NCBI GenBank assembly: GCA_964511015.1
Contig: CAZEDX010000005.1
Coordinates: 21,171-85,170, forward strand
Length of the DNA: 64,000 nucleotides
Direction: 5' to 3'
From: an uncultured bacterium
GTDB taxonomy: Bacteria; Lernaellota; Lernaellaia; Lernaellales; Lernaellaceae
The translations under genes and the position numbers were made by a program. Positions 1 through 8,890 of this stretch are shown here, piece after piece; the stretch's first letter is position 1; every line of letters starts with the position of its first letter. Below the pieces are notes generated by a model. The model searched no databases. It saw nothing but the letters and a program-made list of their open reading frames with translations, and was not told where the DNA came from.

Positions 1-404
1 GTGTAGGCATGGCCATAGCCCTGGCGGATAAGCTCGGCGTTGAGCAGCGTACCATCGGGCAAGAACACATAGGCAAGAAGGCGTCCATATTTGTCTCGGT
101 GATTCGTCGCGGCGCTCGCCTGGTCGAGTTCGAGGCGCACAGTCTTGCCATCTGCCATCTTGTGAGTGAAGGCGCTCGCTTCTTTGCCGAAGTACTGGAC
201 GGGCTTCCTGGGATCGACCGTCTCCGGAGTGTCCACGCCGATGAGCCGAACCTTATCTCTCTGGCCGTCAATCTGAATCGCGAGCGTGTCGCCGTCGACT
301 GCGCGGGTGACTGTTGCGGTGAGAGAGTTGTTCGAATCCTCGGCCAAGCAAACCGAGGAGAAAAATACAAACGCCAGAAGAACAATCACGGAGGCCCGTT
401 TCAT
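1..404 (-). CDS. Secreted thermonuclease (staphylococcal-nuclease/SNase-like). Partial: the 3' end runs off the window start.
   Basis: Reverse-strand translation from the ATG at 404 gives MKRASVIVLLAFVFFSSVCLA (signal peptide), then ...TVTRAVDGDTLAIQIDGQRDKVRLIGVDTPET...DKYGRLLAYVFLPDG. These are SNase motifs (DGDT, RLxGIDTPE, DRYGRxLAYV). A GGAGG RBS sits 6 nt upstream. The gene is absent from the ORF track because no stop lies inside the window. Confidence 0.7.
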   Translation of the reverse strand, partial: MKRASVIVLLAFVFFSSVCLAEDSNNSLTATVTRAVDGDTLAIQIDGQRDKVRLIGVDTPETVDPRKPVQYFGKEASAFTHKMADGKTVRLELDQASAATNHRDKYGRLLAYVFLPDGTLLNAELIRQGYGHAY

Positions 405-562
405 CGAATACCTCCATTTTTCAGGGGCCGATCTTTTACCGACAGTTTGCCGACTACAGGGCGACTCGTCAAAGAGGATCGATTCCTCGGCGATACATAT
501 CCGAGAAAGAACCGATCAGCCGCCGAGGATTTTAGAGGACTCCATGCCGTATTTTCCGGCCC

Positions 563-1522
563 ATGAGAAAGCCCATGTACATCGAAACCCTGGAATACGG
601 ACCGGGGAAAGCCCTGAAAACATCGGACCCAGGGCTGACTCAAATTTTTCAGGAGGTCCGGACTATTTACGCACCCGCTGAATTCCCAGTCGTGATCCAG
701 GGCGAAACCGGCACCGGCAAAGAGGGCGTGGCGAGGGCCATTCATTGGCACAGTCCCCGCCGAGGCAAACCGTTCGTCGCGGTCAACTGCGGCGCGATCC
801 CAGAGGGTCTCGTCGATAGCGAATTCTTTGGGCACGAGCACGGTGCATTCTCGGGGGCTATCTCTCAGCGCAAAGGCCACTTCGAAGCTGCCAACGGCGG
901 CACGATCTTTCTGGACGAGATCGCAGAATTGCCGTTGGGTCTCCAGGCCCGGCTCCTGCGCGTGCTCCAGGAAGGAGAGATTGTCCGAGTGGGAAGCAGC
1001 AAACCAGTGCCCGTGGACATTCGAGTCGTTGCTGCAACGAACAAGGATCTCAAGGCGCTCGTCGACGATGGGAAATATCGCGTCGATCTCTACTACCGGA
1101 TCGCGGCCGCCGTGGTCCACATTCCTCCTCTCCGCGAACGACCGAGCGACATCATGATGTTGGCCAGAGCATTTATTGAAGAATGCTCACCGCCCAAGTG
1201 TCCTGGCCTTCGCATTCAACCGCTTGCCGCTCACTGCCTTCGCTCTCATACCTGGCCGGGCAATGTGCGTGAACTCCAGAGCGCCATAGTCGTCGCGTGC
1301 GCGCGGGCGGTCGCTGATAAACGATCTTCGATCGGTTTGGTTGATCTGGCTACAGAATTATCCGGCGCAAAAACAGTGAACCTGAAAAATAGTACTCTGA
1401 AACAGCGAGTGGCTGAATTCTTTGATAGAAATCCCGGCGGGTCGATCATGGAAGCCGCCCAGCACCTCGGGGTGAATTACCATGTTGCTCGCAGAGCCTT
1501 TCTGCGAACCATACAGCGGTAG
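563..1522 (+). CDS. Sigma-54-dependent transcriptional activator consisting only of the AAA+ sigma-54 interaction domain and a C-terminal Fis-type HTH (PspF-like). It has no receiver or sensory domain.
   Basis: Walker [16 protein letters not shown], a variant of the GAFTGA sigma-54 contact loop. GGTIFLDEI Walker [10 protein letters not shown] motif. C-terminal HTH ...[24 protein letters not shown]. Only ~50 aa precede the AAA+ core. Confidence 0.85.
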   Translation: MRKPMYIETLEYGPGKALKTSDPGLTQIFQEVRTIYAPAEFPVVIQGETGTGKEGVARAIHWHSPRRGKPFVAVNCGAIPEGLVDSEFFGHEHGAFSGAISQRKGHFEAANGGTIFLDEIAELPLGLQARLLRVLQEGEIVRVGSSKPVPVDIRVVAATNKDLKALVDDGKYRVDLYYRIAAAVVHIPPLRERPSDIMMLARAFIEECSPPKCPGLRIQPLAAHCLRSHTWPGNVRELQSAIVVACARAVADKRSSIGLVDLATELSGAKTVNLKNSTLKQRVAEFFDRNPGGSIMEAAQHLGVNYHVARRAFLRTIQR

Positions 1523-1532
1523 AGGTCGCGTG

Positions 1533-2429
1533 CTAGTTCGAAGTCGGAGGCTCAGCCTTGCTCGATTCATACTGAAAAGCTTTGAAATCGATTTCCGGCA
1601 AGCCAATCTCCGGCCCCTGACTTTTACGCAGTTCGACCCACGCCAAGCCGTTTTCGGTGGATCGATAGCAATTCCTTAAAGGTCCTGAAAACGCGCACTC
1701 TTTCAAAAATTTTCTCAGCACAAGCTCCATCAGATAATGAGAATTGAAATGGCGTCGATTAGAAAGCCCCACCACTCTCATCATGTCCTTGACGTTGGTT
1801 GGCTCTCGACACAGGTCAATGATCCGCGCGAGGTTGTCCCAGAGGGCCAACTGCGTTGCGCTCGGTGCTGTTCTGGTTTTCGGGTACATCTGGCTCGTGT
1901 CCTCACCCCACGAGGCCAACAGTTTTCTGGCTTCCAGGGCTAGTGGATCACGCTTGCGCACAGCAATTTGCCGAAGCACCTTTCGATCAGATTCGTCACC
2001 ACCGTGTTTTCGCATGTAGTCAAGAAGATTCTGACGGTTGGATTGATCTCCTATTCGGAGAAGACCCTCCCGCATATCAAGATCAACTACTATCTCGATG
2101 GGATCGAGGAGCGCCATCTGCTTTTTCGCCTTCGCCAGTTTTATTCGCTTGGTCGGTGTCCACCAAATTTTCTTGAACCAACATCCTCCTTGTTGATCCC
2201 ACTCATAGTTCCCATACTTCTCGTTCGTTCCATACTCACGACCGAAATCGCGAAAGAGATCTATCGCTGCGCCAAGTCGTTCCAAATCTCTGAGACCGAT
2301 GCAGCGAGTCATGAGCCAAAGATCGGTTAAAGACCCCTCAATGCCCGAATTACGTTCATGCAGTTCGATTGCGTCTTCGGTAACGGTAAGCGACAAAGTG
2401 ATTTTCATTTTCATGCGCATTTTCGACAT
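1533..2429 (-). CDS. Hypothetical protein of 298 aa with no recognisable catalytic motif. It lies between the sigma-54 activator and the exonuclease/GmrSD genes.
   Basis: Long ORF with coding-like composition. Tightly packed with the downstream exonuclease gene (3-nt gap). The C-terminal segment ...MMRVVGLSNRRHFNSHYLMELVLRKFL looks like a winged-helix-type region. Confidence 0.5.
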   Translation of the reverse strand: MSKMRMKMKITLSLTVTEDAIELHERNSGIEGSLTDLWLMTRCIGLRDLERLGAAIDLFRDFGREYGTNEKYGNYEWDQQGGCWFKKIWWTPTKRIKLAKAKKQMALLDPIEIVVDLDMREGLLRIGDQSNRQNLLDYMRKHGGDESDRKVLRQIAVRKRDPLALEARKLLASWGEDTSQMYPKTRTAPSATQLALWDNLARIIDLCREPTNVKDMMRVVGLSNRRHFNSHYLMELVLRKFLKECAFSGPLRNCYRSTENGLAWVELRKSQGPEIGLPEIDFKAFQYESSKAEPPTSN

Positions 2430-2432
2430 AAG

Positions 2433-3230
2433 TTAATCCCTTGTCGGGAATGCGCCATCAAGGGCGTTTTGAACTATCGTCTTCACCTCAAGTGAGAAAT
2501 TCGCTGACAACATCCACTGCAAATATCCCCTATCTTCCACTGCAAGGTGTCGCAGAGACGCATTGGAATTCTTTCCGAAGCTAAGGCATGCCTCTCCGTT
2601 GTCGTTCCAGAGTATCTTGCCATCCGAAGTCACGTTATTTGTATTCACATATCGGGCGACTTCGGCAAGAGTTTTCGGTAGCTCGCCATAACGGTTCAAT
2701 TGAGCAGCGAACACTCTCGCCGTGGCGTCCACATCGCTTGCCGCATCGTGGGCCTTTTCAAAATCCTCGTTGAGGTAAAATTTGACCGCTGCCTTCAAAT
2801 CGCGTTTCTCGAAGTGGAAAAAGATCTCCATGACGTCAACGACTTCCCTATCGGCAAGGGAAAAATTCTTGTCGCACCGTTTGAATTCCTCCATCAGCAA
2901 GGGAATGTCGAATTTCTTAACGTTGAAGCCGCCAAGATGTGCGCCGCCGATTAACTGCAAAATGTCCGATGCAACCATCGAGAAGATTGGCTTGTCTGCT
3001 ACATCAGCGTCGGTGATTCCATGAACGGCTGAGGCGTCAGGCGGGATCGGCTGATCGGGGTTGATTAGCAGATTCAGCCACTCCTCTGGATGGTCCAAGG
3101 ATATCTTTTTCGCCGCAAATTGAACGATCCGATCAGTGGCGAAGTTCGTCCCCGTGGTTTCAAGGTCGAAGATGACAAGTGGTTTGTCCTGCAGAAGATC
3201 GCGTAACGTCATATCTCCCTCAGCACGCAA
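2433..3230 (-). CDS. DEDDh-family 3'-5' exonuclease (DnaQ/epsilon-like) with a C-terminal extension of unknown function.
   Basis: Exo I motif VIFDLETTG. Exo II region HGITDADV. Exo III AHDAASD (H-x4-D). About 90 extra C-terminal residues. Confidence 0.8.
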   Translation of the reverse strand: MRAEGDMTLRDLLQDKPLVIFDLETTGTNFATDRIVQFAAKKISLDHPEEWLNLLINPDQPIPPDASAVHGITDADVADKPIFSMVASDILQLIGGAHLGGFNVKKFDIPLLMEEFKRCDKNFSLADREVVDVMEIFFHFEKRDLKAAVKFYLNEDFEKAHDAASDVDATARVFAAQLNRYGELPKTLAEVARYVNTNNVTSDGKILWNDNGEACLSFGKNSNASLRHLAVEDRGYLQWMLSANFSLEVKTIVQNALDGAFPTRD

Positions 3231-3268
3231 AGCGAGCGGGCCTTCTGGTTGGCCAGCTGGTATGCCGA

Positions 3269-4999
3269 TTAAAATCCATCGGCGCTGAAGCCCAGCGCGC
3301 TCTCCACTTCGGAAATGAGACGCGCTTCTCTGATTTTCAGAAATTCCCGAAACTGCCCATAGTCCAGCATTTCGCGGTCAATGAACGCCCTTTGCAAATC
3401 TTCGTCGTTCACATCGGCAAAAAATTCTTTTGGGTCCTTGGCCGATTTGTTCTGATTCTTGCCTTTGGCGAGCAACCAGAAATTTGCGAAATGATTTAGC
3501 TCGTGTTCCTCGAACTTCATGTCTCTCAGTTTCGACCGTGGGAAAATGTGATCCATTTCTAGCGCGCTTGAAGGCAGGTGGACCTTTGCGCCAGTGAATC
3601 CTTGGACCAGGCAATGGGTCAAATAGACATTGTTCTGCAAGAGACCGGGGCTCACGCGATCACACTGGAACCATGTCTTCGTCATCCATTTGACGAAAGC
3701 GCCAATTGGAAAGGAGAAGTCACCTTTGCTGATTCGCGGATACATCTCCCAAGATACGATTTTCCCAATGCGGCTATCGGCAAAACGTTGGAAGGCGCGG
3801 GTGAATCCGCACAGATAGAGAGCCTGCCGAAAAGGCTTCAAGTCCGCGTTCGGAACCTGGTGCTTGGGTAAATTGTGGAGGTAATAGACGAAAGGAACAA
3901 AGGTGTTGTTTCCGGCAAAGGCTTTGCTGCTGCTGCACCAGCAGTCTCTTTGCACGACGTCGACAAGCGAGCGGATGGCGTTGCAGCATTGGGCGAAGTT
4001 TTTCTTGAATTTCTCGATATTCACCTTATTGCGGAGAAGATCAATGTTGAGCTTCGACCCCAAACCGGAAACGGTGAAAAGGCAGCGGATCACAAAGTCA
4101 GCGTCGAACTGAAATGCATTCCCCTCGTTGATGCTATCCACGAATTCCGGGAGGGTTTCCGCTGACTCCTTCCAATCCAGTTTGAGCATCGAAAAAATCA
4201 GGTCGGATCGACTCAGCGGAGTACCTTGGCGATTGATCCTCACGAAGACTTCGAGCACGTCAGCTTCTGATTTTCGGTCGGGGCTACCAAGTGGTTTGTT
4301 CTCGTCGATGACCGAGGTTTTCAGAATGCTTTCTTCCTTGCTCATCACCTCGTCGATTCGTGCGAGATTCATGTCGAGACGGAGACTATCGTCGTCGGTG
4401 AGTTGGAGCTTCGTGGTCAAATCGCGACTCAATTTCTTTTTTTCCGAAACGGACATTCGAAAAAGGTCTTGAAACCGCATGTACCATTCCATCTGGTCGC
4501 CGTTGTTGTCGTCGGTTTTTCTTTCACTGAATGTCTTAAAGGTTTCCTCGTTGTGCTGGACATCTTCGTCGGGAGTGGAGAAGCGAAAATAGTAGACCAT
4601 CTCCCGGAGATCATTTGACTCTCGACCGGACAGCACGTCGAACGAGAGGTACTTGCCTTCATTGGAGCCGTAAAGCGCAAGGTACAAGGACTGAAGGCGC
4701 TGCTGGCCATCAAGAACCACGTTCAACCGGCGCTTACTGACGTTGTCTTTGAACGTCTGCCGATTGATCTCGCGGACGTCCTTGACGAATTCTCTGTAGC
4801 GAAGGTCGTCGTAGGTCTCCCACATCAGCACGATTCCAAGGGGATAGCCGCGCATGATCGAGTCGAGAAGCATGAAGATTTTGTCTTCGGGCCAGACGAA
4901 ATCGCGCTGGATCGCCGGGAGAACAACGTCCCCGCGATCCATCTGATTAAGCAACGTGCTGATGCTCATTGAGCCTCCTAGCGGCGACCTGAAACGCAA
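3269..4999 (-). CDS. GmrSD-family type IV (modification-dependent) restriction endonuclease-like protein, DUF262 + DUF1524.
   Basis: N-terminal DUF262/ParB-like motifs LPAIQRDFVW and LDGQQRL (DGQQR hallmark). C-terminal His-Me finger-like region ...EMDHIFPRSKLRD...HELNHFANFWLLAKGKNQNKSAKDP (DUF1524). 576 aa. An alternative start at MSISTLL is 4969. Confidence 0.8.
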   Translation of the reverse strand: MRFRSPLGGSMSISTLLNQMDRGDVVLPAIQRDFVWPEDKIFMLLDSIMRGYPLGIVLMWETYDDLRYREFVKDVREINRQTFKDNVSKRRLNVVLDGQQRLQSLYLALYGSNEGKYLSFDVLSGRESNDLREMVYYFRFSTPDEDVQHNEETFKTFSERKTDDNNGDQMEWYMRFQDLFRMSVSEKKKLSRDLTTKLQLTDDDSLRLDMNLARIDEVMSKEESILKTSVIDENKPLGSPDRKSEADVLEVFVRINRQGTPLSRSDLIFSMLKLDWKESAETLPEFVDSINEGNAFQFDADFVIRCLFTVSGLGSKLNIDLLRNKVNIEKFKKNFAQCCNAIRSLVDVVQRDCWCSSSKAFAGNNTFVPFVYYLHNLPKHQVPNADLKPFRQALYLCGFTRAFQRFADSRIGKIVSWEMYPRISKGDFSFPIGAFVKWMTKTWFQCDRVSPGLLQNNVYLTHCLVQGFTGAKVHLPSSALEMDHIFPRSKLRDMKFEEHELNHFANFWLLAKGKNQNKSAKDPKEFFADVNDEDLQRAFIDREMLDYGQFREFLKIREARLISEVESALGFSADGF

Positions 5000-5055
5000 C
5001 TCTGGAGTATTTAGAACCAGGGAAGTTCAGCACCAAAACGTACCTGAGTCAACGC

Positions 5056-5095
5056 AGGACCGCAATCTGATTTCGCGGTCCTCCTGGTTTTTATT
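5056..5095. terminator. Stem-loop AGGACCGC-N-GCGGTCCT followed by a T run on the + strand. Candidate (possibly bidirectional) terminator between comM and the GmrSD gene.
   Basis: Inverted repeat aggaccgcaatctgatttcgcggtcct followed by cctggttttt. Lies in the 196-nt gap between the comM stop and the GmrSD start. Confidence 0.4.
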
Positions 5096-5195
5096 GGCCT
5101 CGACGAACAGCGAAATCGGCTTGTGCGCATGGTGATTCAAATCCCCAAAGCTCGATCTGTAATTTACTGCCACGGATAAACACGCCGATTTGAAC

Positions 5196-6389
5196 TCACA
5201 CATGGCCGATTTCGCTTTCGGGTTGATGGCGCCTACACGGACAACGCGGAAGGAAGCGAGAGTATCCTTTATAAAACGCGACGTTGCGTTCGGATGCTTT
5301 TTGCGTGCGTTCCTGGTGCTGTTGGAGTGTGCGGCAGGGATTCATCGCGGCAATCAGAATAAACCGCGCGGGAAAGGTCGCGGTCATTGACGCCCGGCTG
5401 ATGGTTACTGTGCCGTCTTCCAAAGGTTGGCGCATCATTTCGAGTACGTCACGCCGAAACTCGGGCAGTTCGTCGAGAAACAGCACACCGTGATGCGCTA
5501 GACTGATCTGGCCCGGGCGCGGCACGATACCGCCGCCAACCAGGCCGGCATCGCTCGCCCCATGATGTGGCGCGCAGAACGGGCGCTCCGTGATCAGCCC
5601 GCGGCCGTTCAACTTGCCCGCCACGCTGTAGATCTTGCTGGTGTCGATGATCTCGCGCGTGTTCATCGGCGGCAGCAATGTCGACATGCGGCGCGCAAGC
5701 ATCGTCTTGCCGGAGCCGGGCGGACCGATCAACAGCAAGTTGTGCCCTCCCGCCGCCGCCACTTCCAACGCGCGTTTCGCCTGCTCCTGCCCGCACACAT
5801 CGGCCAGGTCGACGTCTTCCTGATGCGACGATCGGCCGCAGAGAGGTGTCGGCGGCGCGACATCGACCGCCCGCTCGCCCCGCAACCAGGCCACTATTTC
5901 GGTTAGGTGGCTGAACCCGCGCACCTCCACCCCGTCGGCGGTCGCGGCCTCGGCAACGTTATCGTGGGCCACCAATAGCCCTTCTACACTCTGTTGCTTC
6001 ATGTGATCCGCCACCACCATCGCACCGGGTACCGGCTTGATGGAACCATCGAGGCCGAGCTCCCCCAGGACCGCGTGAGAGCGCGTACGCAAGCGCGGAA
6101 TTAGCCCGTAGGCCTGCATCAGCCCGATGGCGATCGGCAGGTCGAGCGCCGCCCCTTCCTTGCGGCGATCGGCCGGAGCCAAGTTGATAACGGTGCGATT
6201 GCGCAGACACGAAAAACCGCTGGCCGAGAGCGCCGACAAAACACGCTCCTGGCTCTCGCGTACTGCCCCGGCCGGCAAGCCGACAATCCGCAGCGAAGGC
6301 AACCCACGTCCGGCGTAGACTTCGACATGCACGGTGAAGGCTTCTACCCCGACCGTCGCTCCGGAAACCACTTGGCCCAAACCGGACAT
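5196..6389 (-). pseudogene. comM: comM/yifB Mg-chelatase-like AAA+ ATPase, 3'-truncated. The ORF ends about 30 aa after the conserved AAMNPC motif, so roughly 140-160 C-terminal residues are missing.
   Basis: Start [24 protein letters not shown]... with an AGGAGG RBS 5 nt upstream of the ATG at 6389. Walker [14 protein letters not shown]. ...[13 protein letters not shown] is then followed by unrelated sequence (RTLQQHQ...[17 protein letters not shown]). Full-length ComM continues long past NPCPCG. Confidence 0.7.
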
Positions 6390-6570
6390 CGCATCCTCCT
6401 GCCCGTTCCCACGAGCAATGGACATGCCAACGGCGGACGAAAAAATGAATTCCCTTATGAATCAAGCAGTTGACCGAAAACGGCGTTGCGAAGCAGGCGA
6501 TGATGTGTTCGGAAATCGAACAGTCGTGTTCGGATTCCGAACAGTCAGAACGAACACCAAGTGTTCTTGC

Positions 6571-7743
6571 TCACTCCCGCAACCATTCCGGAGAGAAGAC
6601 AGCGAAGTCGATGCGCAGATAGGGCAGGAACGGTAACAGACCTCTCTCATACAAGCAGCCTAGCTGCCCGTCGGGCAAGACCGCCAGCGCGGAATACGCC
6701 GAACCGCCCGGGTTCAACACACGTGAAACCGGCCAGGTTTTGCCGTTGTCGGCACTGAGATAGACGGTCAAGTTGCGCCGGAGCAGTTCGCTTTCCGACG
6801 CCAGCCCTGAATACAACAGGCCGTAAGACGTGTTCAGCAGGCTGCCCATGCACGAAGGATCAAGCAATTCGTCGTCATGCGCCACGCCGGTCCAGGTTAG
6901 ACCCCGGTCCTCGCTGCGCCCCACCCAGCGCCGATGCACCGCCGACAGATCACGCGCGTTAATGACGAGACTGCCGTCGTCCAGTTCCGCCACCTGCGAT
7001 TCGTCGGAATCCGGCACCAGACTTCCTCCGATCTGCCAGGTCTCCCCGTCGTCGCTATAGATCACATGCGAGTAAGCTTCGCCGTTGGTCGCGTCGCGGT
7101 GATCGCACGGGACGATGAAACGGCCATCGGCCAACTGGATGCTGCGCCCGGGACCCGTAGCGTACCATGTCCATTCTTCTGGCTTCACCTGGGTGGTGAT
7201 GTCTAGCGGCTCGGACCAACTCGCCCCTTCGTCGCTGCTGCGGGTGATAAGTACCCGCCGGTTGGTCGGGTCGTCGGCGGGGTTGGTGCAAAAGGGCAAC
7301 AGGATGTCGCCGGTTGCGCGGTCGACGACTGGCGCCGGATTGCCGGCGGTGTCGAAACCGTTGTCGACAATGACACGCAAGGCCGACCAGGTGCGCCCGC
7401 CGTCCACACTGCGTTTCATGACCAGATCAATGTCGCCGGTATCGGCAATGCTCGGACGCCCTTCGCAAAAGGCGAGCAATGCGCCAGTGGCGGTTTCGAT
7501 AACGGCAGGAATCCGGTAGACGTCGTATCCTCCCTGCCCGCCGACAAAGACCGGGTACTCGGCGAACTCGATGGCGCCGTCATCGGTGGCGTCATCGTCG
7601 ATATCGTTGTTGGCGTCATCGTCGTCGCCGGGCGCGTTGGTGTTGTCGTCGGCTATGTTGTCGTCATCACCGGAATTTTCACATGAGATTGCCGTCAGAA
7701 CAGCCAGGAGCAATACAAGGCCTGGCAGCAGATTGCTTTTCAT
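6571..7743 (-). CDS. Exo-alpha-sialidase (GH33, BNR/Asp-box repeats) lipoprotein with an N-terminal Asp-rich tether.
   Basis: Lipobox LTAISC. D-rich linker SGDDDNIADDNTNAPGDDDDANNDIDDDATDDG. RIP motif YRIPAV. Five Asp-box SxDxGxTW repeats (SVDGGRTW, SDEGASW, SDDGETW, SEDRGLTW, SADNGKTW). Confidence 0.75.
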   Translation of the reverse strand: MKSNLLPGLVLLLAVLTAISCENSGDDDNIADDNTNAPGDDDDANNDIDDDATDDGAIEFAEYPVFVGGQGGYDVYRIPAVIETATGALLAFCEGRPSIADTGDIDLVMKRSVDGGRTWSALRVIVDNGFDTAGNPAPVVDRATGDILLPFCTNPADDPTNRRVLITRSSDEGASWSEPLDITTQVKPEEWTWYATGPGRSIQLADGRFIVPCDHRDATNGEAYSHVIYSDDGETWQIGGSLVPDSDESQVAELDDGSLVINARDLSAVHRRWVGRSEDRGLTWTGVAHDDELLDPSCMGSLLNTSYGLLYSGLASESELLRRNLTVYLSADNGKTWPVSRVLNPGGSAYSALAVLPDGQLGCLYERGLLPFLPYLRIDFAVFSPEWLRE

Positions 7744-7969
7744 CCGAGCCCCCTTCTATTTCCAGATTGTTGGGATTGGAGAGACAAGTCAAGTTATGCG
7801 ATTTTGATCGGCTTTCCGGTCACGGCGTTCAACCAATGGGCCATCGGCCGTGTCTGAACGCTGACGTACGCAACGCCGGTCAGGGTGGTGTGCGGTTTGG
7901 ACTCCATTCCAAACCTTGCACGGCTCCGGTGGACATGCTAGAAGGCTGCGAAACGGAAACGGAGCGCCG

Positions 7970-8890
7970 ATGCGCAAATTGATTGCTTGGCTTAGGGGTT
8001 TGAACTGGAAGCTGACCCTTGGCTATTGCGCCCTGTTTTTCGTGCTGTTCTTCGTTTTCTTGTACCTGACCTTTCCCTACAACTCGGTTCGCGACGCCAT
8101 CGTGCGTCAAGTTGAAAGCCTGCAAGGCGCGGAAGGCACTTCCGCGATGCGCATGCGCGTGGAAGTGGCCGATGTTTCTCCGTTCCGGTTGACCGGCGTG
8201 CGCCTGCAGGGCGTCAAACTCTCCCGGCCCGAGGATCCACGACAGGTATTGCTCAATCTGAACGAAGTGCGAATTCGCCTGCGGCCGACCCAACTTTTAC
8301 GCGGCCGGCTGTGGCTCGATTTCGACGTCTACGCCTACGACGGCGGCGCCGCGGGCTCCTACTGCAAACGCGGCCCAGTGACTGATCTGGCGTTGAACTT
8401 TGTAGGGCTGCGCCTAGCAAAATACGGCACGCGCGAACTGGTGCAGAAGTTCGGCTCGATGTCGTTGGACGGCACGTTATCCGGCCAGTTCGAGCTCCAC
8501 TTCAACCCGGCGATGCGCCGCAACAACAGTGGTGGGCTGACGTTGAACATCGACAAATTGAAGGCCACCGGCATCACCATGGTCGGCAACAAGCTGCCCG
8601 ACATGACTTTCGAACCGGGCAAGATCGTGTTGAAGATGCAGAACCAGAACTTCCAGGTCGACGAATTCAAACTGAAGAGTGACCAACTGGAAGTGGATCT
8701 GACCGGCCGCATCACGCTGGCCGATCAGATGAAGAACAGCCGCCTGTTCCTGAACTTCAGGTTCAAGCCTTCCGACGAACTTGAAACCGCCTTAGGCATG
8801 TTGATGATGACGATGAAAGAGCCGGATGACGAGGGCTTCTATTCGCTATCCATCAACGGCACGCCGGGGAATCTCCGCACCCGTCACTGA
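7970..8890 (+). CDS. Membrane-anchored periplasmic protein, possibly T2SS GspN-like. Start taken at MRKLIAW.
   Basis: N-terminal TM helix WKLTLGYCALFFVLFFVFLYL followed by a beta-rich domain. The family assignment is tentative. Confidence 0.4.
   Translation: MRKLIAWLRGLNWKLTLGYCALFFVLFFVFLYLTFPYNSVRDAIVRQVESLQGAEGTSAMRMRVEVADVSPFRLTGVRLQGVKLSRPEDPRQVLLNLNEVRIRLRPTQLLRGRLWLDFDVYAYDGGAAGSYCKRGPVTDLALNFVGLRLAKYGTRELVQKFGSMSLDGTLSGQFELHFNPAMRRNNSGGLTLNIDKLKATGITMVGNKLPDMTFEPGKIVLKMQNQNFQVDEFKLKSDQLEVDLTGRITLADQMKNSRLFLNFRFKPSDELETALGMLMMTMKEPDDEGFYSLSINGTPGNLRTRH

Noticed and set aside
401-1120. 239-aa minus-strand ORF overlapping the sigma-54 activator gene, and 9..566 + ORF.
   Set aside because: The + strand sigma-54 AAA+ gene (563..1522) and the minus-strand SNase gene (1..404, a different frame from 401..1120) account for the region with strong motifs. 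These two ORFs have no motifs and overlap real genes.
5000-5195. Residual comM C-terminal coding sequence in the gap between comM and the GmrSD gene.
   Set aside because: Translation of all minus-strand frames gives no ComM C-terminal-like motifs such as LDRIDL. The missing segment is more likely outside the window or deleted.
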